A stretch of DNA of 24,000 nt from Micrococcoides hystricis (GTDB taxonomy: Bacteria; Actinomycetota; Actinomycetes; Actinomycetales; Micrococcaceae): the NCBI RefSeq assembly GCF_042434215.1, contig NZ_JBHLUB010000028.1, positions 1 through 24,000 of the forward strand, given 5' to 3'. Position 1 is the first letter of the stretch; each line of letters opens with the position of its first letter. The translations under genes were made by a program, and so were the position numbers. Below are positions 1 through 6,989 of the stretch, piece after piece. Under the pieces are notes generated by a model. It searched no databases and was not told where the DNA came from. It saw nothing but the letters and a program-made list of their open reading frames with translations.

Positions 1-79
1 ACCGCACACCAGCCGAAGTCGAGACCGACTACTGGCAGCAACACCAGCTGTCAGCAACAATAGAAATCAGGGTAAACGC

Positions 80-1345
80 CTAGGAAGAAAACCCGGACCA
101 TTTCAGTGCGAAGAACGCGCTATTGAGGTCTTCTTGCGTTGCCTGACCGATGCCGGCTTGTTTTTCCATATCAAGGTGCATTGCAGAACCGCCCATGATC
201 GTAAACCAAGCGAAGAAAAAGAAGCTAGGGACGAGCATGACACCCGCAACGAATTGACGAACCGTTCTTCCGCGAGAGATTTTTGCGAGGAAGATCCCGA
301 CAAATGCTGACCAGCTAAGCCACCAAGCCATCATGAAATAGGTCCACCACTGCATCCACTCCATGTCGGCGCTCGTCAATGGGGTCATGAGGGAGATCAT
401 CAAGAAATCAGAGGAGTATTGTCCCACTGAACGAACAAATAGGTTGGAAATGAATCCTGTAGGACCAAGCAGGAAGATGAAGAGCCCAAACAGGGTGGCA
501 AGTGTCAGAGTGATCTGAGAGATATATCGAATGCCACGGCTAACTCCAGTTAGCGCAGAACCTGTGAATAGCAAAGTCACTACCGCAATGACCATAATCT
601 GAATCGCCAACGTAGGCTCAATGCCGATGACAGTGTTGAGACCCTGACTAATTTGAGCAGCGCCCAAACCAAGAGATGTGGTGGTGCCGAACAATGTAGC
701 CAGAATTGTCAGAATGTCGACGAGTTTTCCAGGCCATCCATCGACCGCTTTGCCAAGAACCGGACGCAACATCACAGAAACCAGTGCAGGGCGTCCTTTT
801 CTGTGCGTTGAATATCCAATTGCTAGACCAAAGATCCCGAAGACGGCCCAAGCATGCATGCCCCAGTCCAGGTACGCAAACTCCAACGCGCGAATAGCAG
901 CATCCATGGTTTCTGGTTCGGCTAAACCATGAGGTGGAGCGAGAAAATGTGACATGGGTTCAGCTACGCCGTAGCTGACTAATCCGATACCCATAACGGC
1001 AGCCAGAATCATCGCCAACCAAGAAAAAGTGCTGTATTCCGGTCGACACTCTTGGCTGCCTAATCGCAATTTACCGAACCTACTGATAGCCAACCAAGCC
1101 ATCAAGAAGACACAGAGAAGTGGGACAACCAAATAAGACCAGCCGATAGTGCCAGCCACTGCGTTCATTGCACCACCCATTGCCTCACCTATCGCGGCAG
1201 GTGATAGGGCGGTAACGACAACGAATACTATGACAAGGCCGACTGAAACAAGAAAGACAGTACTTAGCTTTCTGCTACCTGAGGATGAATCATTCTGATC
1301 GTTCCTATCAAGGAGTACTTCGGGGCCTGAACGTATTTGGGACAT
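80..1345 (-). CDS. BCCT family (betaine/carnitine/choline-type) transporter, C-terminally truncated relative to the family; possible pseudogene or fragment
   Basis: The product is multi-TM and carries the BCCT signature WWTYFMMAWWLSWSAFVGIFLAKISRGRTVRQF. Only about 55 aa follow that signature, whereas family members normally have about 150 aa (TM10-12). The ATG at 1345 has AGGAA 8 nt upstream, so I prefer it to the track's TTG at 1363. The stop is TAG at 80-82, and the frame stays open downstream to a second TAG at 29-31. Confidence 0.8.
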   Translation of the reverse strand: MSQIRSGPEVLLDRNDQNDSSSGSRKLSTVFLVSVGLVIVFVVVTALSPAAIGEAMGGAMNAVAGTIGWSYLVVPLLCVFLMAWLAISRFGKLRLGSQECRPEYSTFSWLAMILAAVMGIGLVSYGVAEPMSHFLAPPHGLAEPETMDAAIRALEFAYLDWGMHAWAVFGIFGLAIGYSTHRKGRPALVSVMLRPVLGKAVDGWPGKLVDILTILATLFGTTTSLGLGAAQISQGLNTVIGIEPTLAIQIMVIAVVTLLFTGSALTGVSRGIRYISQITLTLATLFGLFIFLLGPTGFISNLFVRSVGQYSSDFLMISLMTPLTSADMEWMQWWTYFMMAWWLSWSAFVGIFLAKISRGRTVRQFVAGVMLVPSFFFFAWFTIMGGSAMHLDMEKQAGIGQATQEDLNSAFFALKWSGFSS

Positions 1346-1468
1346 TGGATCGGTTCCTGTCAATAGGCGACCTTGAGGTTTGGTCGTGTCTTATTTCGAA
1401 CCCCAAGCATCGTCTTCTGCTAGGGATTGGTTTGGTTGGAGTCGCGAATTTTCTAATGGCGAAGCAAA

Positions 1469-2440
1469 CTAGTCAGCGAATTCCGGCAAGGGCTCCAACC
1501 GCCCGCCGTCGTAGAACTTTCCAGCCTTATAAACGATTGGAGTCTTATCTGTGGAATTCGCGTGGGTTACTTTTCCAATGAAGAGCGTGTGGGTTTTAAC
1601 TTGGACTCGCTCGACTACTTCAACCTCAAGAGCAGCGGCCGCTTGTGAAAGCAGCGGGCTACCTTTCGGGCCATGCTCCCAGTCGACGCCTTCAAACTTA
1701 TTTTTGGACTTCGATGCAAATGAGGCGAGGACATCCGACTGATCTGTTGCGAGAATATTGATTCCAATATGGTCGGACTTAAACATCGATGGGTATGTCG
1801 ATGAGGATTTCTGGACACAGACGATAACCAAGGGTGGGTCGAAAGACACAGAGGCGTAGGAGTTCACAGCAAGACCACGCGGGACATCACCATCGAGCGT
1901 CGTAACGACCGTCACGCCGGTTACGAATTGTCGATTAAAGCTACGCACGTGGTCGTAGAAACGGCTATCGTCAGATTGAGTTCCGGTGTCTTGTTGATCG
2001 AGCTCGAACGCAGCGCGGAGAGAGTTGACTCCCAAATCTGCAAGCAGTTCACCGGCATCCCAAGTTACTTTTTCTTTGACGATCATTCCGTCTTGGATGG
2101 TCATGAGATTGGTCCCAGCCGTTTCAACCCTCCGGCCAGTCGGAGGTACGTCATTGAGCGGTTTCGAGAAGGTTCCGCTGGATTTCCAGAACACTGCAAC
2201 GGAATCAGCGTCAACTAGGATCTTCTCGATAGAAGTCTTCAAATCTGGGAAGGCTTCCCGAATGATTCTGATTTCTTGTTTCAGATCCTCGTAGCTCATT
2301 TCTTGCTCTGAATTGGCGCCCTCGCGGGAGTAATCAGGTGCGACCAGCTTGTCAAAGTTGCTGAAATTGCCCTGATCCCAGGCGGCGGACCAGGCTTCTT
2401 GGATTTGGGTAACAATATTATGTTGCATGGTACAGAGCAT
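1469..2440 (-). CDS. Fusion protein: N-terminal SnoaL-like/ester-cyclase (NTF2-fold) domain plus C-terminal flavin reductase (HpaC/RutF-type FMN-binding split barrel)
   Basis: The N-terminal half matches the ester-cyclase pattern (AFPDLKTSIEKILVDADSVAVFWKSSGTF...VPPTGRRVETAGTNLMTIQDGMIVKEKVTWD). The C-terminal half matches flavin reductases (FVTGVTVVTTLDG..PRGLAVNSYASVSFDPPLVIVCV...THTLFIGKV). The start could instead be the internal ATG at 2428 (MQHN...). Confidence 0.8.
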   Translation of the reverse strand: MLCTMQHNIVTQIQEAWSAAWDQGNFSNFDKLVAPDYSREGANSEQEMSYEDLKQEIRIIREAFPDLKTSIEKILVDADSVAVFWKSSGTFSKPLNDVPPTGRRVETAGTNLMTIQDGMIVKEKVTWDAGELLADLGVNSLRAAFELDQQDTGTQSDDSRFYDHVRSFNRQFVTGVTVVTTLDGDVPRGLAVNSYASVSFDPPLVIVCVQKSSSTYPSMFKSDHIGINILATDQSDVLASFASKSKNKFEGVDWEHGPKGSPLLSQAAAALEVEVVERVQVKTHTLFIGKVTHANSTDKTPIVYKAGKFYDGGRLEPLPEFAD

Positions 2441-2508
2441 AGATTTGTGACTGACATCTCGTCAAGGGGGCCACTCGTGAGCCGCTTTAGGTCATTTTTG
2501 TGAGTTGC

Positions 2509-2537
2509 TTGACACAACCTTGTATGGAACATAGCCT
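2509..2537 (+). promoter_or_regulatory. Candidate sigma-A-type promoter of the GntR gene (TTGACA-N17-TAGCCT)
   Basis: TTGACA lies at 2509-2514, followed by a 17-nt spacer and TAGCCT at 2532-2537. The ATG at 2545 is 7 nt after the -10 element, which implies a leaderless or near-leaderless mRNA. An imperfect inverted repeat ACAA-N2-TTGT (2514-2523) sits in the spacer. Confidence 0.35.
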
Positions 2538-2544
2538 CATAGTC

Positions 2545-3249
2545 ATGTCAGCGATTCCCCCAAGCCAAGACACTCGAGCCGAGTCGTTAGCAAACGCTCC
2601 GCTCATCGAGCGAGTCCGTCATTTCGTGCTTTACGGAGGCCACCCAGTGGAAGCTTCGTTATCTGAGTTGGCCCTCTCGCAGAGATTTAGTGTCAGCAGG
2701 ACTCCGATCCGCGAGGTGCTCAAACAACTTGAGAATGAAGGATTGGTGGAGGTTCGTCCGAAAGTTGGAACTTTCATTAAGGTTCCAACACGGAGTGAGA
2801 TAGTTGATCTATTCCAGTTGAAAGAATCGATGGAAGGTCTGGGCGCGTCACTCATGGCGCGTTCTCCGAGTAAATCCGCGCTAGACACGCTGAAGCGGAA
2901 TGTCGATGCCTCACGACGCATTGTGTCCACGAATGAAGCATCCGTGTACGCGAATCTAGTTCATGAATTCCACTGGACGATCATTCTGGACTCAGGAAAT
3001 TCAAAACTCGTTGACCATTATTCTCGCTTGATGAATCAACTGGCTTATCAGTCAATAGTCGTGGAAACCGTGAGTAACCCTGGGCGGCTTTCGACCTCGA
3101 TTAATGAACATCAAAGCGTCTTGGAAGCAATCGAAGCCAAAGATTCGATCGAAGCTGAGCTTGCAATGAGGAATCATGTCCACGCATCGAGCAATGCTGC
3201 CCTGATGATGCCGGGGCTAGTGGAGCGAATGCGTAGAAACGGGTCTTAG
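2545..3249 (+). CDS. GntR family transcriptional regulator (FadR/FCD subfamily)
   Basis: There is a winged-HTH motif LSELALSQRFSVSRTPIREVLKQLENEGLVEVRPKVGTFI, followed by an all-helical FCD-like C-terminal domain. The track start at 2500 (GTG) would overlap the predicted -35 element. ATG 2524 and ATG 2545 are alternative starts. Confidence 0.85.
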   Translation: MSAIPPSQDTRAESLANAPLIERVRHFVLYGGHPVEASLSELALSQRFSVSRTPIREVLKQLENEGLVEVRPKVGTFIKVPTRSEIVDLFQLKESMEGLGASLMARSPSKSALDTLKRNVDASRRIVSTNEASVYANLVHEFHWTIILDSGNSKLVDHYSRLMNQLAYQSIVVETVSNPGRLSTSINEHQSVLEAIEAKDSIEAELAMRNHVHASSNAALMMPGLVERMRRNGS

Positions 3250-3284
3250 CTCTCAGGCTGGAAGTTTATTCTGAAAGGATTTGT

Positions 3285-3959
3285 ATGTCTGATGACCCCC
3301 TGCGCCCAAAAACGAATCTCTACGACAGCGATACACGCTACAACTACGAGAGAATCGCTCACCAAATTGGCGTAAGAAAAATAGTCACAATTGTCGATGA
3401 AACTTTTATCGAGGGAAAAACTGGTCTTCACACACCGGTGAAACAGGCGGCCGTCTCCATTGTGCTGAAGAACCCATGGGTAGGTGGAACTTCTGCTCAA
3501 GACCTTCAACCTGAGACGGAGAGAATCGCGCCCATAATCGCCAAGATCGCGGTGGATCGATTAATCGCACACCTAGGTTCGGTTCAGGAAATCGAAGCGT
3601 TCGGTAAAGCGGCAATTGTTGGGCTAGACGGGGAGATAGAGCATGCCGGCGCTCTCATCCATACTCCGTTTTTCGGCAACATCGTTCGAGAACTTCTAGA
3701 AGGTTCCTCAATCATGTGTTTTTCAGACCAGAGGTCCGCCCCGGGTACTCAAATTCGTATTCCGATGTGGCACAAGTCAGCAGCGGCAACTCGCAGCTAC
3801 TACCAGTCCATGTCGGTTGAAATAGCCGATTCACCCCAAAGAGATGAACTCGTGATCATCGTGGCTAGCTCTAACGGGCCACGACCGAATCACAGAATTG
3901 GTGATCGAACTACCGATCAACCCGTAACAAAAGAGCTACTGAAAGGAATTGAACTGTGA
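3285..3959 (+). CDS. 'Amino acid synthesis' family protein (PF06684/DUF1185-like), paralog 1, with an N-terminal extension of about 30 aa
   Basis: Family-typical blocks are present: RKIVTIVDE..IEG, NPWVGG, FGKAAIVGLDGEIEHAGALIHTPFFG, and RS..QS...AD.P..DE. AAGGA lies 5 nt upstream of the ATG. Confidence 0.7.
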   Translation: MSDDPLRPKTNLYDSDTRYNYERIAHQIGVRKIVTIVDETFIEGKTGLHTPVKQAAVSIVLKNPWVGGTSAQDLQPETERIAPIIAKIAVDRLIAHLGSVQEIEAFGKAAIVGLDGEIEHAGALIHTPFFGNIVRELLEGSSIMCFSDQRSAPGTQIRIPMWHKSAAATRSYYQSMSVEIADSPQRDELVIIVASSNGPRPNHRIGDRTTDQPVTKELLKGIEL

Positions 3960-4507
3960 ATGTTCGCAAAATTGTGACCCACGTTGAAGATGTACTGATC
4001 GAAGGCGGACGCCAGGTTGACCCAGTGACAAGAGTTGCTTTCGTTGGAGCGGTAATCCCGAACCCGTGGGCGGGTCAAGGATTCGTAGAAGACTTGTCGC
4101 ACGGGATTGACTCGGTTGCCTCAGATCTAGGTGCGTTGTTAGCCTCTCGTGTTATCGAAGCCCTCGAAACCGAATTGGAGGCTTACGGGAAGGCTGCCAT
4201 CGTAGGGCTGAATGGAGAAATTGAGCATGGTTCCGCTCTTATTCACACGTTGAAATTTGGTGATCACTTCCGTCAGGCTGCCAAGGCCACAACCTTGCTT
4301 CCAGCCGTCGAGAAACGGTCCGCTGCCGGACGCCCATTCGATGTCCCACTGAAGCATTTCACAGATGCAACTATTCGTTCCCACCACCAGAGTATCGAAC
4401 TGTGTTTCGCGGACATTCCGCATCCTGATGAAATCCTGATCGGATTAGCTGCAGCATCTCACGGACGCCCTCAACAACGGCTAGCGCCTTTGTCGACTGA
4501 GCAGTGA
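3956..4507 (+). CDS. 'Amino acid synthesis' family protein (PF06684/DUF1185-like), paralog 2
   Basis: It has the same blocks as paralog 1: RKIVTHVEDVLIEG, NPWAGQG, YGKAAIVGLNGEIEHGSALIHTLKFG and RSHHQSIEL.FADIPHPDE. The GTG start overlaps the upstream TGA (GTGA), consistent with translational coupling. Confidence 0.7.
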   Translation: MNVRKIVTHVEDVLIEGGRQVDPVTRVAFVGAVIPNPWAGQGFVEDLSHGIDSVASDLGALLASRVIEALETELEAYGKAAIVGLNGEIEHGSALIHTLKFGDHFRQAAKATTLLPAVEKRSAAGRPFDVPLKHFTDATIRSHHQSIELCFADIPHPDEILIGLAAASHGRPQQRLAPLSTEQ

Positions 4508-4516
4508 CCTGAAGCC

Positions 4517-5287
4517 ATGGTCTCAACGAATCCAGAGGTGGTGCCTCAAGCTAACGAGGGTAAACCTCTCGTTTTCTTGCACGGAGTTGGACTCGACCGA
4601 TCTATGTGGCGGGAGGTGGAGCTCGGTATTAAGAATCCGACCCTGAGCTTGGACTTACCCGGTCATGGAAACCAACCTCCTTTGACGCTAAGTTCTTCAC
4701 TCGAAGAGTTGGCTAAAGATGTCAAAGCGAGGATTCCCTACGACAACTATTATCTGGTTGGTTTTTCTCTGGGTGCATTAGTTGCTCAACAAATCGCAAG
4801 TAGTTCTGACAATGGGGTATGCGGACTGGTCTCTGTTAGTTCAGTCTGTAACCGAACAGAGTCGGAGAAGACTGCGGTGCGTGAGCGCTTGGCAACTGCA
4901 GAACGAGACTTCGAAAGCAGTATTGAGGCTTCGATTGACAGGTGGTATCCCCAAGGAAGTTCCGTAGCTCCGTCCATCGTCGAAGCAACACGAGAAACTC
5001 TGAGACGCAATAACGTTGAATCGTTTCTCCATGCTTACCGAGTTTTTGCAACTGGAGATGCTGAAGTATTCAATCAGCTTTCCCAGATCAAGGTTCCTGT
5101 CCTTGCCGTGACAGGGGAACAAGATCCAGGTTCCTCGCCTGCTATGACACATAGGCTTGTCGCTGCGTTGCCGAATGCAGAAGCGGTAATTGTGCCGAAT
5201 GCAAGGCATATGTTCCCAGTAACGCACCCTAACGTTCTTATCGAATTAGTTGAATCCTTTATTTCTAAGGTGGAGAGCACACCATGA
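4517..5287 (+). CDS. Alpha/beta-fold hydrolase (PcaD/RutD/XylF-like)
   Basis: The oxyanion region is LVFLHGVGLDRSMW, the nucleophile elbow is GFSLG, and the C-terminal sequence NARHMFPVTHP carries the catalytic His. Confidence 0.85.
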   Translation: MVSTNPEVVPQANEGKPLVFLHGVGLDRSMWREVELGIKNPTLSLDLPGHGNQPPLTLSSSLEELAKDVKARIPYDNYYLVGFSLGALVAQQIASSSDNGVCGLVSVSSVCNRTESEKTAVRERLATAERDFESSIEASIDRWYPQGSSVAPSIVEATRETLRRNNVESFLHAYRVFATGDAEVFNQLSQIKVPVLAVTGEQDPGSSPAMTHRLVAALPNAEAVIVPNARHMFPVTHPNVLIELVESFISKVESTP

Positions 5288-6765
5288 CACTTCGTCTTGA
5301 TCACTACATCAATGGCAAATACGAACGACCCGCTGCAGAGGAGTATTTCGAAAGCTACAACCCTGCAACTTTGGAATTGCTTTACGAGGCCGCACGCGGC
5401 GACAAAGATGACGTTGAGAAAGCAGTAGACGCAGCAAGCATGGCCTTCAAATCGGCGTCTTGGAAAAATCTTTCAGCAACTCAACGGGGACACTTGCTAC
5501 GACGTCTCGGTGACTTGGTAGTTCAACATGCCGACGAACTGGCCATGTTGGAAAGTCAGGACAACGGCAAATTGCTCAGAGAAATGAAAGGGCAGCTACA
5601 GACGCTTCCAGAGTATCTTTACTATTACGCGGGACTAGCTGACAAAGTACAGGGAGCGGTAGTCCCCAGCTCGAACATCGCCATAGTGAACTTTACGGAA
5701 CGGGAGCCACTAGGCGTAGTAGGGGCGATCACCCCCTGGAACTCACCTCTGACCTTGACTGTTTCCAAGCTTGCTCCCGCATTGGCTGCAGGCAACACAT
5801 TGGTCATCAAACCAAGCGAATATACCTCGCGGACAGTGCTTCGCTTGGCGGAATTGGCAACAGAAGCGGGTTTCCCTCAGGGCGTCATTAACGTAGTCAC
5901 GGGTTATGGAGCTGAGGCTGGTGCAGCCTTAGTGGAATCAAGAGAACTAGCAAAAATCTCCTTTACCGGTTCCACTCAGACAGGGTCACGTATTGCCTCT
6001 CAAACCGCCGCGCGCTTCGTAGGAAGCACCCTCGAACTCGGCGGGAAGAGCCCCAATATCGTATTTGAGGATGCAAATATTCATAACGCATCTATGGGAG
6101 TTGTCGCGGGCATATTCGCTGCAGCAGGACAAACTTGCATCGCTGGTAGCCGTGTCTTTGCTCACCGATCTGTGTATGAAGAACTGGTGGACAAGGTAAG
6201 CGAGCGCGCCCAGACAATTAAGATTGGGAATCCTCTCGAAGAGACAACTGAACTTGGACCACTTGCCTTCCAAGACCAGCTTGAAAAAGTTGAATCATAT
6301 GTGAATATCGGCCGTGAGGAAGGTGCGACCGTGGTAACCGGTGGTACCAGACCGGATACTGAATTGCCTGGCTATTTCTTCAGCCCGACTGTGCTGACTG
6401 ATGTCAACAACGACATGAAAGTTGTGCGTGAAGAGATCTTCGGGCCAGTTGCGGCAATCATGCCTTTTGATACAGAGGAAGAAGTACTCGCACTCGCTAA
6501 TGACACAGAGTATGGCCTGGCGGCGGGAGTTTGGACGCAGAATCTTGCCAGAGCTCACCGGATGGCGAAGAAGCTGGAAGCAGGGACCATTTGGGTAAAT
6601 ACCTATAGAGCAATGTCGCCCATGTCTCCACGGCAGGGATTTAAGTCTTCCGGCGTTGGTATCGAACATGGCATCGAGTCTATGTATGAGTACACCCGGC
6701 TTAAGAGCATCTGGATTAATACCGATGAAGATGCGGTGGCCGATCCGTTTGTAATGCGTAGCTAA
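5284..6765 (+). CDS. NAD(P)+-dependent aldehyde dehydrogenase
   Basis: Both ALDH signatures are present: ELGGKSPNIVF (catalytic Glu) and GQTCIAGSR (catalytic Cys). The 493 aa length is typical. The start overlaps the upstream stop by 4 nt (ATGA), and GGAGAG lies upstream. Confidence 0.92.
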   Translation: MTLRLDHYINGKYERPAAEEYFESYNPATLELLYEAARGDKDDVEKAVDAASMAFKSASWKNLSATQRGHLLRRLGDLVVQHADELAMLESQDNGKLLREMKGQLQTLPEYLYYYAGLADKVQGAVVPSSNIAIVNFTEREPLGVVGAITPWNSPLTLTVSKLAPALAAGNTLVIKPSEYTSRTVLRLAELATEAGFPQGVINVVTGYGAEAGAALVESRELAKISFTGSTQTGSRIASQTAARFVGSTLELGGKSPNIVFEDANIHNASMGVVAGIFAAAGQTCIAGSRVFAHRSVYEELVDKVSERAQTIKIGNPLEETTELGPLAFQDQLEKVESYVNIGREEGATVVTGGTRPDTELPGYFFSPTVLTDVNNDMKVVREEIFGPVAAIMPFDTEEEVLALANDTEYGLAAGVWTQNLARAHRMAKKLEAGTIWVNTYRAMSPMSPRQGFKSSGVGIEHGIESMYEYTRLKSIWINTDEDAVADPFVMRS

Positions 6766-6779
6766 GAAAGAAATAACTC

Positions 6780-6980
6780 ATGCCACTTTTTGATATCTCA
6801 ATCGCCAAGGGCCGTACCCGAGAAGAGCTAAGAAACCTCATCAGCGCTGTCCACCGAGCAGCGGAAGAGACGGTAAATGCTACGCCGGAAAATACCACCG
6901 TCATCATTCGTGAAGTTGAGCCTGAAAACTGGTCTAAAGCCAATCAGACTATTGCAGAACGTAACCAGGCAAAGAGTTAA
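6780..6980 (+). CDS. 4-oxalocrotonate tautomerase family enzyme
   Basis: The 66-aa product begins MP (Pro1 after Met removal). The pattern MPLFDISIAKGRTREELRNLISAVHRAAEETV...VIIREV matches the 4-OT beta-alpha-beta layout. Confidence 0.75.
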   Translation: MPLFDISIAKGRTREELRNLISAVHRAAEETVNATPENTTVIIREVEPENWSKANQTIAERNQAKS

Positions 6981-6989
6981 GGAGTAGTC

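Noticed and set aside
29-82. Two in-frame TAG codons in the BCCT reading frame, read as programmed read-through or pyrrolysine recoding
   Set aside because: Several clearly complete genes in the window terminate at TAG, including the GntR gene, ilvA, phoH2 and the DUF4307 gene. No pyl genes or MttB-type methyltransferase is visible. The post-stop peptide is only weakly BCCT-like. Nonsense decay is the simpler explanation.
1285-1581. 98-aa plus-strand ORF across the BCCT/reductase intergenic region
   Set aside because: It overlaps both neighbouring minus-strand genes on the antisense strand and has no motif or RBS.
2500-2544. GTG (2500) and ATG (2524) as the start of the GntR regulator
   Set aside because: These starts would place coding sequence over the predicted -35 and -10 elements and add a non-conserved N-terminal peptide. 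They are kept only as alternatives, since the start has not been verified experimentally.
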